Origin: an uncultured delta proteobacterium
GTDB lineage: Bacteria; Desulfobacterota; Binatia; Binatales; Binataceae
Length of the DNA: 64,000 nucleotides
Assembly: GCA_963842085.1 (NCBI GenBank)
Contig: CAWJET010000002.1
Location: forward strand, 1,120,001-1,184,000
Reading direction: 5' to 3'
Both the position numbers and the translations under genes were made by a program. How positions within the stretch are numbered: the first letter of the stretch is position 1; every line of letters begins with the position of its first letter. The notes below the pieces were generated by a model. The model was given only the letters and a program-made list of their open reading frames with translations, ran no database searches and was not told the DNA's origin. Of this stretch, positions 9,371-19,898 are shown piece after piece.

Positions 9371-9949
9371 ATGACGAACCCCAGCGGCAGCGGCGCGGAT
9401 CGGCGCAAGCGATTCGAAGACGAGGCGTTGCCTCATCTCGACGCGTTGTACGCGATGGCCGTCCGCCTGGCGCGCAATCCCGACGACGCCAGCGATTTGC
9501 TGCAGGAGACGGTGCTGCGCGCGTACCGCTTTTTCCATCAATTCGAGAGCGGAACGAATTGCCGCGCGTGGATGCTGACCATCCTGTTCAACAATTTTCG
9601 CAACGGCTACCGCAAATCCTTTCGCGAGCAGCCGGCTGCATCTGCCGACGAGTTCGAGCGCAAGGTGGACGAAGAGAGCCTGCGCATCGACCCGGCTGGA
9701 TCGAATCCCGAGATCATGCTTTCGGGACAAGCGATGGAGGGTGAGGTCGAGACGGCGCTGGCGGGCTTGCCGGCAGAGTTTCGCGGCGCGATTCTGCTCG
9801 TCGACGTCGAGGAACTCAGCTACCAGGAGGTTTCGGGGGTTCTGAACATTCCAATCGGCACGGTGAAATCGAGAGTGTCACGGGGACGCGCGATGCTGCG
9901 CGAGGCGTTGGCCGACTTCGCCAAAGAGCGCGGAATAATACGGTCTTGA
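9371..9949 (+). CDS. ECF sigma factor
   Basis: DASDLLQETVLRAY, RAWMLTIL and LSYQEVSGVLNIPIGTVKSRVSRGR (regions 2 and 4). Confidence 0.93.
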   Translation: MTNPSGSGADRRKRFEDEALPHLDALYAMAVRLARNPDDASDLLQETVLRAYRFFHQFESGTNCRAWMLTILFNNFRNGYRKSFREQPAASADEFERKVDEESLRIDPAGSNPEIMLSGQAMEGEVETALAGLPAEFRGAILLVDVEELSYQEVSGVLNIPIGTVKSRVSRGRAMLREALADFAKERGIIRS

Positions 9950-9973
9950 CTCCGGGGAAAAGCGCCGGTTGGA

Positions 9974-10831
9974 GTGAAGCGAGCCGGGCACGATAAAGTG
10001 GACTGCGGCACCTACATAGAGAAATACCTGTCGGCTCAGGTTGACGGGGAGTTGAGCGCGGCTGAGTTGCGCGGCGCCGAGGAACATCTGGCGCGATGCG
10101 TCCATTGTCGCGCGCGCTTCGCCGAGGAACGCGCCGTCAAGGCGATGCTGCGCGAGAGCGCCACGATGCACGGGACGCCGCCGATGGTCCGCGGATCGAT
10201 CCTGGCGGCGCTCGACGCAATCGATACGGGCGACGCCTCGGACGCCGCGGGACGCGGGCGGGCTCGCTCAGCCGGCGCGGATCGCGCCGGCTGGCTCTCG
10301 ATTCGCCGCACGCGGGTCTGGGTGCCCGCTGCAATCGCTGCGGTCGCCGTCTTCGCTTTCGTAATGCTGCATGGCGGAGGCCCGCCGCCGGTGCACGCGA
10401 TCCCTGCCTTCGACATCGCGATCAACCACTATGCGCAGTTCGTCGAGCACTTCGAGCCCAACGTGAAGTCGGACTCGCCCGCCGACATCTCGGACGCATA
10501 TATGGATCACCAACTCCCGGGATTCCTGTGGAACTTTCAGCCGAGCGGCTACAAGCTGATCGGCGGACGGCTGGATCACCTGCCGGATGGAAGTCCGGTG
10601 TCCTTCACCTTCTACCGCGGCGATGCCGGAACCATCCTTTGCACTTACATGAAGTCGCACGGGATGCAGCCGCCCCCGGGCGAGATACAGGAACTAGGCG
10701 CCCATCGCTACTACCAATACAAGGGCTACAGCATCTGCCTCAGCTACCCGCACGGCGGATTCATTTGCGTACTGGTCTCGCACCGGCCCATGAAAGAGTT
10801 CGTGCAGGACATAGTCGACTCCGAGCCCTGA
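9974..10831 (+). CDS. Zinc-finger (zf-HC2) transmembrane anti-sigma factor
   Basis: C...LSAQVDGEL...HLARCVHC, a single TM helix and a periplasmic domain; follows the ECF sigma. Confidence 0.88.
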   Translation: MKRAGHDKVDCGTYIEKYLSAQVDGELSAAELRGAEEHLARCVHCRARFAEERAVKAMLRESATMHGTPPMVRGSILAALDAIDTGDASDAAGRGRARSAGADRAGWLSIRRTRVWVPAAIAAVAVFAFVMLHGGGPPPVHAIPAFDIAINHYAQFVEHFEPNVKSDSPADISDAYMDHQLPGFLWNFQPSGYKLIGGRLDHLPDGSPVSFTFYRGDAGTILCTYMKSHGMQPPPGEIQELGAHRYYQYKGYSICLSYPHGGFICVLVSHRPMKEFVQDIVDSEP

Positions 10832-10838
10832 TCGTCTC

Positions 10839-10901
10839 ACCTCGCCCGTTACTTACGGGAGAGGCGGCCGACCGCATCGCGGTCGCTAGGTGAGGGTTCT
10901 G
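10839..10901. repeat. Dispersed palindromic repeat family A, copy 1 (between convergent genes)
   Basis: ACCTCGCCCGTTA..ACGGGAGAGG..[hairpin]..AGGTGAGGGTTCTG; matches 13411-13474 and the reverse complement of 18554-18617. Confidence 0.88.
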
Positions 10902-10915
10902 CGGCAGGGCTTGCG

Positions 10916-12394
10916 CTAGCGCCGCTCCGCTTTCAGTCCGTCCTCATTGGCGAGAAACAAATGCAACTGCGCGGGCGCGGTATCGCGCGGAATCTCAACC
11001 GGATAGTTGCCGGTGAAGCACGCGTCGCAATACCCCTCGCGGCTCTCGCCGTTGAACGAGTAGAGCCCGTCCCAACTGAGGTAGGCGAGCGAGTCGGCCG
11101 TGATGTAACGGCGGATCTCCTCGACCGAATGCGACGACGCGAGCAGTTCCTCGCGCGTAGGCGTGTCGATCCCGTAAAAGCACGAATGCGTCGTCGGCGG
11201 CGCCGCGATGCGCATGTGGACTTCGCGCGCGCCCGCCTGGCGCAGCATCGGGATAACTTTCCTGAGCGTGGTGCCGCGCACCAGCGAGTCCTCGATCAGT
11301 ACGATTCGCTTGCCACGCAGCAATTCGGCCACCGGGTTGAATTTGATCTTCACGCCGAAATGGCGAATCGACGCGCGCGGCTCGATAAACGTGCGGCCGA
11401 CGTAATGGCTGCGCACCAACCCCATCTCGAACGGTATTCCCGACTCTTCGGCGTAACCGAGCGCGGCCGGCGTGCCCGAATCGGGCACCGGCACCACGAT
11501 GTCCGCCTCGGCCGGAGCTTCGCGCGCGAGCGCCCGCCCCTGCTGCTTGCGGACCTGGTACACGTTGCGGCCGTAGACCTGGCTGTCGGGACGCGAGAAA
11601 TACACGTACTCGAAAATGCATCGCCTGGTCGGCGCATGCGCGAACGGACTCAGCGAGCGCACACCGCTGTCATCGACGACGATCATCTCGCCCGGATTGA
11701 TCTCGCGAATGTACTCGGCGCGCACCAGGTCGAGCGCGCAGGTCTCCGACGACACGATCGTCGCGCCGTTCAGATTGCCCAGCACCAGCGGACGGAAGCC
11801 GTTCGGGTCGCGCACCGCGATCATCGAATCCTCCGTCAGCACGACCAGCGAGTACGCGCCGCGCACCTGCGCCAGCGCCTGCGCGACCCGCTCCGGCAGC
11901 GTGGGCGCGTGCGACGCGGCGATCAGATGAATCATCACCTCGCTGTCGGACGAGGACTGGAAGATCGAGCCCGTCGACTCCAGCCGTTCGCGCAGTTCGG
12001 TGAAATTAACCAGGTTGCCGTTGTGCGCGAGCGCCAGCCCGCCGCGCGCATACTCGACCACCAGCGGCTGACAGTTGCCAATCGTCGTCGAGCCGGTCGT
12101 CGAGTAGCGGTTATGCCCAATCGCGCTGGTGCCTTCGAGCTTCGCGATAATCGTGTTGTTGAAAATGTCGGCGACCAGTCCCATTCCGCGATGCGAGATC
12201 AGCGACTTGCCGTTGGACGAGACGATCCCCGCCGACTCCTGCCCGCGATGCTGCTGCGCGTAGAGGCCGAGGTACGCGAGGTTGGCGGCCTCCGGGTGGC
12301 CATACACGCCGAACACGCCGCATTCCTCGTGGAAGACGTCGAGACTCGATTCTTCGACTGCTTCGACCGCTATGACCGAGTCTTCTTCAGTCAC
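10916..12394 (-). CDS. purF: Amidophosphoribosyltransferase
   Basis: HEECGVFG propeptide/catalytic Cys, [16 protein letters not shown] and EDSLVRGTT. The start is uncertain (GTG 12394). Confidence 0.96.
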   Translation of the reverse strand: MTEEDSVIAVEAVEESSLDVFHEECGVFGVYGHPEAANLAYLGLYAQQHRGQESAGIVSSNGKSLISHRGMGLVADIFNNTIIAKLEGTSAIGHNRYSTTGSTTIGNCQPLVVEYARGGLALAHNGNLVNFTELRERLESTGSIFQSSSDSEVMIHLIAASHAPTLPERVAQALAQVRGAYSLVVLTEDSMIAVRDPNGFRPLVLGNLNGATIVSSETCALDLVRAEYIREINPGEMIVVDDSGVRSLSPFAHAPTRRCIFEYVYFSRPDSQVYGRNVYQVRKQQGRALAREAPAEADIVVPVPDSGTPAALGYAEESGIPFEMGLVRSHYVGRTFIEPRASIRHFGVKIKFNPVAELLRGKRIVLIEDSLVRGTTLRKVIPMLRQAGAREVHMRIAAPPTTHSCFYGIDTPTREELLASSHSVEEIRRYITADSLAYLSWDGLYSFNGESREGYCDACFTGNYPVEIPRDTAPAQLHLFLANEDGLKAERR

Positions 12395-14648
12395 CGCCTC
12401 TAAGCCTCCTTGGAATCGCGTCTTCATAAATTCGCTGCAACTCGGCAACGTCCTCATCGACTACCGCGCCAACCTTGAGCCTGCGATCGGCGACCACGCG
12501 TCCGATAACCACGAACTCCAGTCCTCGTCCGGCAAACAATTTCTCGACGCCGGCCACATCGCCCGGCGCGATCGACAGGATCACCGTCGACGCGCCCTCG
12601 CCAAAAAAATCAACCGCGTCAGCGTTTCCAGCTCGCCCAAGATCAACTTCGGCTCCCAGAATCGCCCGCGGATTGAAACAGGCTTCAGCCATCGCCACCG
12701 CAAGCCCGCCCTCGGCGATATCGTGAGCTGATCTTATCAGCCCCTGTTCGGCGCCTTCAACCAGCCCCTCGACCAGCGCCGCTTCCCGCGCCAGGTCGAT
12801 CGCGCCAAGCCGCCCGCCATCGATTCCGAAGAGCGCCGCATACTCGCTCGCCGCGAGCGACGGCCTGGCCGTGCGCACCAGAGCGATCGCGTCATCGGCA
12901 TTCTTGAAAAACTGCGTGACGTGCTTCGCGACGTCGATCATAACGCCCAGCACCGCAATCGTCGGCGTCGGCGGAATCGCGTGGCCTTCGGTCTCGTTGT
13001 AGAAGCTGACGTTGCCGCTGACCACCGGCGCGCCGAACGCGAGCGACGCGTCGCGCAGCCCCTCGACGCCCCGGATAAACTGCCACATCACCTCGGCCCG
13101 CTCCGGATTGCCGTAGTTCAGGCAGTTCGTGATTCCGACCGGGCGCGCCCCGGCGCACGCGACATTGCGCGCCGCTTCGCAAACAGTCGCGACGGCGCCG
13201 AGATATGGATCGAGCGCGCACGCGCGCGGATTCGAATCGACCTTGAGTGCCATCGCGCGTCGCGATTTCTTGATTCGGATCACTGCCGCATCGCTGCCCG
13301 GCCCCAGCACCGTGTTGCTCTGGACGATCGAGTCGTATTGCCGATAGACCCACTTCTTCGAAGCGATATTGGGACTGTCGAGCAGCGCGCGCAGCGCCTT
13401 CGCCGGCGTTACCTCGCCCGTTATTTCACGGGAGAGGAGGCCGGCCGCGTTGCGGCCGGCAGGTGAGGGTTCTGGATTGCTCGGCGCGGCCGCCGGACGA
13501 TCGTAAACCGGCGCGTCATCCGCCAGCGCGCCGATCGGAATATCCGCCACCACCTGCCCATGCCATCGCGCGCGCCATCGACGGTCGTCGGTTATGCGCC
13601 CGATCACGACCGCGTGCAGATCCCACTTCTCGAACACCGCCTGCAATTCCGCCTCGCGCCCGCGCTCCGCAACGATCAGCATTCGCTCCTGCGATTCCGA
13701 GAGCAGAATTTCATACGGCGTCAGCCCCGCTTCGCGCAGCGGCACTTGGTCGAGATCGAGTTCGATTCCAAGCCCCCCATGCGACGGCATCTCGCTTGAC
13801 GACGATGTGAGACCCGCCGCACCCATGTCCTGGATGGCGACAATCGCGTCGGTCTTGCCGGCTTCGAGGCACGCCTCGATCAATAATTTCTCGGTGAACG
13901 GATCGCCGACCTGCACCGCCGGGCGCTTGGCCTCGCTCTCCTTGTCGAACTCCGCCGACGCCATCGACGCGCCGTGAATTCCGTCGCGCCCGGTCGCAGA
14001 GCCAACGTAAAGCACCGGGTTGCCCGCGCCGCGCGCCTTCGCGCTCATCATCTCGCCCTTGCGCACCAGCCCGAGGCAGAACGCGTTGACGAGAATATTC
14101 GCGTTGTACGCCGCGTCGAACATCACTTCGCCCGCAACCGTCGGCACCCCCACGCAATTACCGTAACCTCCTATCCCCCCGACCACGCCGCCCAGCAAAA
14201 AGCGCGTCCGCGGATGCTCGAATGAGCCGAACTTGAGCGAGTTCATGCTCGCGACCGGCCGCGCGCCCATCGTGAAAATGTCGCGCAGGATTCCGCCGAC
14301 GCCGGTCGCCGCGCCCTGGTACGGTTCGACGAACGAGGGATGGTTGTGGCTTTCAATTTTGAATACCGCCGCCCATCCATCGCCGACGTCGATCGCGCCG
14401 GCATTCTCGCCGGGGCCCTGCACCACCAGCTCGCTCTTCGACGGCAGCGTCCTCAGATGACTCCGCGACGATTTGTACGAGCAATGCTCCGACCACATCA
14501 CGGAGAAAACGCCGAGCTCGGTGTAAGTCGGCGTCCGCCCGATGATCTGTTCGATCTTGCGATACTCGTCGGGCGCGAGTCCGTGCGCGCGGGCCTGCGC
14601 GACATCGACTTTCGGCTCGCCCGCAAGCGAAACGGGACGCTCGCTCAT
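12387..14648 (-). CDS. purL: Phosphoribosylformylglycinamidine synthase subunit PurL
   Basis: [28 protein letters not shown] and SESQERM. Confidence 0.97.
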   Translation of the reverse strand: MSERPVSLAGEPKVDVAQARAHGLAPDEYRKIEQIIGRTPTYTELGVFSVMWSEHCSYKSSRSHLRTLPSKSELVVQGPGENAGAIDVGDGWAAVFKIESHNHPSFVEPYQGAATGVGGILRDIFTMGARPVASMNSLKFGSFEHPRTRFLLGGVVGGIGGYGNCVGVPTVAGEVMFDAAYNANILVNAFCLGLVRKGEMMSAKARGAGNPVLYVGSATGRDGIHGASMASAEFDKESEAKRPAVQVGDPFTEKLLIEACLEAGKTDAIVAIQDMGAAGLTSSSSEMPSHGGLGIELDLDQVPLREAGLTPYEILLSESQERMLIVAERGREAELQAVFEKWDLHAVVIGRITDDRRWRARWHGQVVADIPIGALADDAPVYDRPAAAPSNPEPSPAGRNAAGLLSREITGEVTPAKALRALLDSPNIASKKWVYRQYDSIVQSNTVLGPGSDAAVIRIKKSRRAMALKVDSNPRACALDPYLGAVATVCEAARNVACAGARPVGITNCLNYGNPERAEVMWQFIRGVEGLRDASLAFGAPVVSGNVSFYNETEGHAIPPTPTIAVLGVMIDVAKHVTQFFKNADDAIALVRTARPSLAASEYAALFGIDGGRLGAIDLAREAALVEGLVEGAEQGLIRSAHDIAEGGLAVAMAEACFNPRAILGAEVDLGRAGNADAVDFFGEGASTVILSIAPGDVAGVEKLFAGRGLEFVVIGRVVADRRLKVGAVVDEDVAELQRIYEDAIPRRLRGGD
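13411..13474. repeat. Dispersed palindromic repeat family A, copy 2, inside the purL reading frame
   Basis: Near-identical flanks to the copies at 10839 and 18554. Encodes [22 protein letters not shown] in the PurL linker. Confidence 0.85.
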
Positions 14649-15334
14649 CGCGCGCTCCCTGCTATCGACTGAAAAATCTTGAGCCCGTCGGTGCCGCCCA
14701 GCATCGGTTCAACCGCATGCTCCGGATGCGGCATCAAACCAAACACGTTGAAGCGCTCGTTGGCGACGCCCGCAATCGCGCGCATCGAGCCGTTGGGATT
14801 CGCCGCGTCGCTCTCGCGCCCGTCGGCATCGACGTAGCGCAGGATCACCTGCCCGCGCTCTTCCATCTGGCGCAGTTCATCTTCCGGCGCTACGTACAAT
14901 CCCTCGCCGTGCTTGATCGGCAGCCGCAGCAGGTCGCCCTGCTTCGCCGCGCGCGTGAACGGCGTGCTCGCGTTCTCGACCCGCAGCCACACGCGCTCGC
15001 ATATAAAGGAGAGCGAGCGGTTGCGCGTGAGCGCGCCGGGCAGCAGATGCGCCTCGCACAGAATCTGAAAACCGTTGCAGGTACCGATCACCAGCCCGCC
15101 GTCGGCGGCGAACTTGGCCACGCTCTTCATGATCGGCGAGAAGCGCGCGATTGCGCCCGTGCGCAGATAGTCGCCGTAGCTGAACCCGCCCGGCAGCAGC
15201 ACGCACTCGACGCCGCCGAGCGATTCATCCTTGTGCCACAGCATCCGCGCGTCCTGGCCCATCACCTCCGCAAGCGCATACAGCGCGTCTCCATCGTCGA
15301 GCGAGCCGGGGAATCGCACGACGCCCCACTTCAT
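14645..15334 (-). CDS. purQ: FGAM synthase glutaminase subunit PurQ
   Basis: [22 protein letters not shown] and MPHPE. Confidence 0.97.
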   Translation of the reverse strand: MKWGVVRFPGSLDDGDALYALAEVMGQDARMLWHKDESLGGVECVLLPGGFSYGDYLRTGAIARFSPIMKSVAKFAADGGLVIGTCNGFQILCEAHLLPGALTRNRSLSFICERVWLRVENASTPFTRAAKQGDLLRLPIKHGEGLYVAPEDELRQMEERGQVILRYVDADGRESDAANPNGSMRAIAGVANERFNVFGLMPHPEHAVEPMLGGTDGLKIFQSIAGSAR

Positions 15335-15576
15335 TCGCCGTCCACCTCGAAGCGGTAGTCTTCGATCACCGGGTTGGCGAGCAGCGCCTCGCACATCTTC
15401 TTCGCTTCGTCGCGCGCCTCCGACGCGGTCCGCGCCTCGACTTCGAGCACGATGTACTTGCCGACTTTGACGCCCGAGACGTTTTTGAAACCGAGACTCT
15501 GCAGCGAACTTTCAACCGCGCGCCCCTGCGGGTCGAGGATTCCCTTGCGGGGCGTCACGAACACTCTTACTTGCAA
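15331..15576 (-). CDS. purS: FGAM synthase subunit PurS
   Basis: ILDPQGRAV and LLANPVIEDY. Confidence 0.95.
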   Translation of the reverse strand: MQVRVFVTPRKGILDPQGRAVESSLQSLGFKNVSGVKVGKYIVLEVEARTASEARDEAKKMCEALLANPVIEDYRFEVDGE

Positions 15577-15623
15577 CTCAAATCCTCGCGGCCGATTCGC
15601 ATTCCATTCTCCTGAACTAAAAA

Positions 15624-15639
15624 CGTTTCACGTGAAACA
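15624..15639. promoter_or_regulatory. parS centromere-like site
   Basis: CGTTTCACGTGAAACA, a 15/16 match to the canonical TGTTTCACGTGAAACA; intergenic. Confidence 0.8.
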
Positions 15640-15697
15640 TTTTCCTCAAAACCTCAACAGACAAGCGGCTTATTTCGACGATCGGGGCGAATTAGCC

Positions 15698-16414
15698 TCA
15701 ATTCTCCACGCGCCGCAGCATCTCGTGATAAGCCTCCTCGACGCCGCCCAGGTCGCGCCGGAACCGATCCTTGTCGAGCTTTTGCCGCGTCGCCTTGTCC
15801 CAGAACCGGCAGGTGTCGGGACAAATTTCGTCGCCGAGCAGAATCTCGCTGTGATGCCGTCCGAACTCGAGCTTGAAATCGACGAGGATCACGCCGCGCT
15901 CATCCAGGAATTTGCTGAGGATGCCATCGACCTTCAGCGCCATCGCGTCGATCTTCTTCAGCTCCTCGGCGGTCGCCCATCCAAACGCGATTGCATGCTC
16001 GCCAAGTATCAATGGATCGTCGAGCGCGTCTGATTTGTAGTAGTACTCGACAATCGGATGAGGCAGCCGCTCGCCCTCTTCGCGGCCGAGCCGTTTCGCC
16101 ATCGAGCCCGCGACGAGATTCCGCACCACGGTCTCGACCGGAATGATCTGCAAGCGCTTGCAGAGCATCTCACGATCGTTCAACCGGCGGACGAAGTGCG
16201 TCTTGACGCCGTTCTTTTCGAGCAGCGTGAAGAATAACTCCGACATCCGGTTGTTCATCACGCCCTTGTCCTCGATCGTGTCGCGCTTCTTGCCGTTGAA
16301 CGCGGTTGCGTCGTCCTTGAAGTAAGCGACCACGAGGTCGGGGTCGGACGTGGAGTAGAGTTTCTTCGCCTTGCCCTCGTAAAGCATTTCGAGTTTCTGC
16401 GGAGTCGTTTCCAC
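15698..16414 (-). CDS. purC: SAICAR synthetase
   Basis: [29 protein letters not shown] and LDKDRFR. Confidence 0.97.
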   Translation of the reverse strand: METTPQKLEMLYEGKAKKLYSTSDPDLVVAYFKDDATAFNGKKRDTIEDKGVMNNRMSELFFTLLEKNGVKTHFVRRLNDREMLCKRLQIIPVETVVRNLVAGSMAKRLGREEGERLPHPIVEYYYKSDALDDPLILGEHAIAFGWATAEELKKIDAMALKVDGILSKFLDERGVILVDFKLEFGRHHSEILLGDEICPDTCRFWDKATRQKLDKDRFRRDLGGVEEAYHEMLRRVEN

Positions 16415-16500
16415 GATTCGTTCTCCCTGTAGCGTATTGAACTATCTTAACCTAATCATCTTACCGACCGGTCGCCTCATCACAACGAAGCCGGCGCCAG

Positions 16501-16535
16501 TTGTCCACAAACCTCCGCGCCGGAGTTGTGGATAG
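16501..16535. terminator. Hairpin downstream of purB; its arms resemble inverted DnaA boxes
   Basis: TTGTCCACAA-AC-CTCCG-CGC-CGGAG-TTGTGGATAG. Confidence 0.4.
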
Positions 16536-16541
16536 CCGGGC

Positions 16542-17987
16542 TTAACGCTTTGCCGCGCGCTCTTTTTTCGCCAATGCGATGTCCGCTGTTGCGGGCGGCG
16601 CGAATCGCTCGACCAGTTTCGCCGCCAGTCCGACGTAGCTGCGCGGATTCAACTCGCGGAGCGCACGGCGCGCGCTGTCGTCCAGAGGCAGCGTCGCGAT
16701 GAACTCCTCGATCACGCGCCGATCGATTCGCCGGCCGCGCGTCAATTCCTTGAGCGTCTCATACGGTTTCGGCAGACCGTGGCGCCGCATTAGAGTCTGA
16801 ATCGCCTCGGCGACCACCTCCCACGCCTGCTCGGCCTCGAGGTCCTCGGCAATCCGCGCGTCGTTGACCTCGACGCGCGCAAGGCCGCGCTCCAGCGACG
16901 CCAGCGCGACCACCAGATGCCCGAACGCCGTACCCATCGCGCGGATCGCGGTGCTGTCCGTGAGATCGCGCTGCCATCGCGAGACCGGCAGCTTCGTCGC
17001 CAGATGGTCGAACAGCGCGCTCGCGATTCCGAGGTTGCCTTCGCAGTTCTCGAAGTCGATCGGATTGACCTTGTGCGGCATCACCGACGAGCCGGTCTCG
17101 CCCGCGACTGCCTTCTGCGCGAAGTAGCCAATCGAGATGTAACCCCACATGTCGCGGCAGAAGCCGAGCAGGATCGTGTCGATGCGCATCAGGATGCCGA
17201 ACAGCTCGGCAATAAAATCGTGGCTCTCGATCTGCGTGGTCAGCGGATTCCAGGTCAGGCCGAGCCGCTCGACGAAATTCTGCGAGTGAGCGATCCAATC
17301 GACCTCGGGATGGGCGAAGTGATGCGCGTTGAAGTTGCCGACCGCGCCGTTGAGCTTGCCGAGAAATTCCTGCCGGCGAAGCTGCGAGAGCTGGCGCGCT
17401 AGGCGCGTCGCGAATATCGCCATCTCCTTGCCGACCGTCGTCGGCGACGCTTCCTGGCCGTGCGTCCGCGCCATCATCGGATGCGACTTGTAGCGATGCG
17501 CCAGCTTGATGATTGGCGCGTTCGCCGCTTCGAGCCGCGGCGTCAGGTCGCTCGCCACGAACTCCTTGAGGATGAGCGCGTAGGCGAGGTTGTTGATGTC
17601 CTCCGACGTGCACGCGAAATGCACCATCTCGATCGGGAGCGCCGCGTCGATCGCGGCAACTCGCTCTTTGACGAAATACTCGACCGCCTTGACGTCGTGA
17701 TTGGTGGTCGCCTCGAGTTCCTTCACGCGGCGCGCGTCGTCGAGCGTGAAGTCCTCGTAAACGGCGCGGAGCTTTTTCGCGGTCGCGGCGGGAATCGGTT
17801 TCAGCGCGCTGATCGCGGGATGCCCGGCGAGCGACAAGTACCACTCGATCTCGACGCGCACGCGGTAGCGAATCAGCGCGAACTCGCTGAAGTACGCCTC
17901 CAAGCTCCGGGTGCGCGCGCGGTAGCGGCCGTCTATAGGCGTCACCGCGGTCAATGCCGCGTCGGTCTCGGTTGGTTTGTCTTTCAC
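16542..17987 (-). CDS. purB: Adenylosuccinate lyase
   Basis: TPIDGRY, TNHDVKAVEY, ARTHGQ and SSVMPHKVNPIDFEN. Confidence 0.97.
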   Translation of the reverse strand: MKDKPTETDAALTAVTPIDGRYRARTRSLEAYFSEFALIRYRVRVEIEWYLSLAGHPAISALKPIPAATAKKLRAVYEDFTLDDARRVKELEATTNHDVKAVEYFVKERVAAIDAALPIEMVHFACTSEDINNLAYALILKEFVASDLTPRLEAANAPIIKLAHRYKSHPMMARTHGQEASPTTVGKEMAIFATRLARQLSQLRRQEFLGKLNGAVGNFNAHHFAHPEVDWIAHSQNFVERLGLTWNPLTTQIESHDFIAELFGILMRIDTILLGFCRDMWGYISIGYFAQKAVAGETGSSVMPHKVNPIDFENCEGNLGIASALFDHLATKLPVSRWQRDLTDSTAIRAMGTAFGHLVVALASLERGLARVEVNDARIAEDLEAEQAWEVVAEAIQTLMRRHGLPKPYETLKELTRGRRIDRRVIEEFIATLPLDDSARRALRELNPRSYVGLAAKLVERFAPPATADIALAKKERAAKR

Positions 17988-18052
17988 CTGGTGCTGATGA
18001 AACTAAATTACGTGGGATCGGTGGCGCAATCGAGAGGGTGGGTCGATCGCGT

Positions 18053-18496
18053 TCAGCGGCCGGTATGGCCGAAACCGCCGGGACCGCGCGAGCTTGGCGC
18101 GAGTTCATCGACCTCGACAATGTCGGCGCGGACGACGGGCGCGATGACGAGTTGGGCGATTCGATCTCCGGGTTTGATCACGATCGGCTGCTCGCCCAAA
18201 TTCACAAGTAACACTTTAACTTCTCCGCGATAGTCGGCGTCGATGGTTCCCGGCGAGTTGATGAGCGCGAGGCCCTCTTTCAGCGCGCGGCCGCTGCGCG
18301 GCCGCACTTGCCCTTCGTAGCCGGCCGGAATCTCAACGGCGATGCCGGTCGGGACGGCGCGGCGCTCGCGCGGCGCCATCTCGATCGGCGCGCCGATGTC
18401 GGCCATCAGATCAATCCCGGCAGCATGCTCGCTATGGTAGGCGGGAAGCGGCAGCGTGCTTTTGCGCACGCGCGCAATTTTCACCGTCGGTCGCAT
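18053..18496 (-). CDS. dut: dUTPase
   Basis: [26 protein letters not shown] and [10 protein letters not shown]. Confidence 0.96.
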   Translation of the reverse strand: MRPTVKIARVRKSTLPLPAYHSEHAAGIDLMADIGAPIEMAPRERRAVPTGIAVEIPAGYEGQVRPRSGRALKEGLALINSPGTIDADYRGEVKVLLVNLGEQPIVIKPGDRIAQLVIAPVVRADIVEVDELAPSSRGPGGFGHTGR

Positions 18497-18553
18497 CGAT
18501 GCAATCTCGTATGGCGAATTGTACGCGCGATGGCAAGCGCTCTGCTGATGCCG

Positions 18554-18617
18554 CAGAACCCTCACTACCGGCCGCTGCGCGGTCGGCCCCCTCTCCCGTA
18601 AAAGTAACGGGCGAGGT
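18554..18617. repeat. Dispersed palindromic repeat family A, copy 3 (inverted)
   Basis: CAGAACCCTCAC...CTCTCCCGTAAAAGTAACGGGCGAGGT is the reverse complement of copies 1 and 2. Confidence 0.88.
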
Positions 18618-18628
18618 AAGAGTCGGAA

Positions 18629-19891
18629 TTACGCCAGCGGGGCGAAGACTTCGCGGCCGATTTTGCGGCCCTTCAGATCGCCTAGCAGGACCATCGCGAG
18701 CTTGTCGGGCTGGAACCAGGTCGACGCCAGCTCGACGATGTTGTCGTTGGTGACGGCTTCGATTCCTACTGATAGCTCTTCCAACGAGACGTCGCGGCGG
18801 AAGTAGATCTCGTTGCGCGCCAGTCGGTTCATGCGGCTGTCGGTGGATTCCATCCCGAGCAGCATGTTGCCTTGCAGTTGGCTCTTGGCGCGCGCGAGTT
18901 CGGCCGGGTCGAGGCCGGCGCGCTCTACCTTTCGGAGTTCGGCGACGGTGACTTCGAGCACCTCATCGACCCATTCCGGATTGGTGCCGGCATAGACACC
19001 GAAATATCCCGAATCGATGAACGACGAGATGAACGAGTAGATGCTGTAGACGCGGCCGCGCTTCTCGCGCACTTCCTGGAACAGCCGCGACGACATCCCG
19101 CCACCGAGCGCGGTGTTGAGCACGTAGCCTGCGTAGCGGAGCGGATGCGACTGGCTGATGCCGGGGCCGCCGATGCAGATGTGCGCCTGCTCGAGCTTCT
19201 TTTCGCGGTTCATCAAAAATGGACGGGCTGCGGGCGGCGAGAATTTTTCGACCTTGCCGTCACCGACGACACCGCCGAACAGACCTGCGCATTTCGCGGT
19301 CAGGCGTTCGTGCTCGACCTGGCCGGCGGCGGCGATAAAGACGCGGCTGGAGCGGTAGCGCGCCGCCATGAACGAGATCAGCTGCTCGCGGTCTATTTTA
19401 TTGACCGTCTCGGCCGAGCCGAAGATCGGCAGCGCGAGCGGATGCCCCTTCCAGAAATTTTCGGTGAACAGGTCGTGGATGAAATCGTCGGGCGTGTCTT
19501 CGGCCTGCGAGATTTCCTGCAGGACGACCTGGCGCTCGCGCTCTATCTCGGCGGGATCGAAAACCGAGTCAAGAAAAATGTCCGCCAGCACCTCGGTCGC
19601 CATCTCGAGGTCCTTGCCGAGCACCTTGGCGTAATAGCAGGTGTACTCCTTGCCGGTGAAGGCGTTAAGCACGCCGCCGACGGCGTCGAAGGCCTCGGCA
19701 ATTTGCGCGGCGGTGCGCTTTTTGGTGCCCTTGAACAGCAGATGCTCAATGAAATGCGAGGTGCCGTTTTCGTGCGGGTCCTCGTAACGCGAGCCGTTCT
19801 CGACCCAGATGCCGATCGACGACGACACCACCTGCGGCATCGCCTCGGTGAGAACTCGCACACCGTTTCCTATGACACTCTTTTGAATCAT
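18629..19891 (-). CDS. M16 family zinc peptidase (pitrilysin-like)
   Basis: HFIEH inverted zinc motif, NAFTGKEYTCYY and GGGMSSRLFQEVRE; typical position downstream of pnp. Confidence 0.94.
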   Translation of the reverse strand: MIQKSVIGNGVRVLTEAMPQVVSSSIGIWVENGSRYEDPHENGTSHFIEHLLFKGTKKRTAAQIAEAFDAVGGVLNAFTGKEYTCYYAKVLGKDLEMATEVLADIFLDSVFDPAEIERERQVVLQEISQAEDTPDDFIHDLFTENFWKGHPLALPIFGSAETVNKIDREQLISFMAARYRSSRVFIAAAGQVEHERLTAKCAGLFGGVVGDGKVEKFSPPAARPFLMNREKKLEQAHICIGGPGISQSHPLRYAGYVLNTALGGGMSSRLFQEVREKRGRVYSIYSFISSFIDSGYFGVYAGTNPEWVDEVLEVTVAELRKVERAGLDPAELARAKSQLQGNMLLGMESTDSRMNRLARNEIYFRRDVSLEELSVGIEAVTNDNIVELASTWFQPDKLAMVLLGDLKGRKIGREVFAPLA

Positions 19892-19898
19892 TCGACGA

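Noticed and set aside
10961-12403. Long antisense ORFs opposite purF and many other genes (e.g. 27140-28438, 30025-31263)
   Set aside because: Shadow ORFs expected from high-GC codon bias; the opposite strand carries clear conserved proteins.
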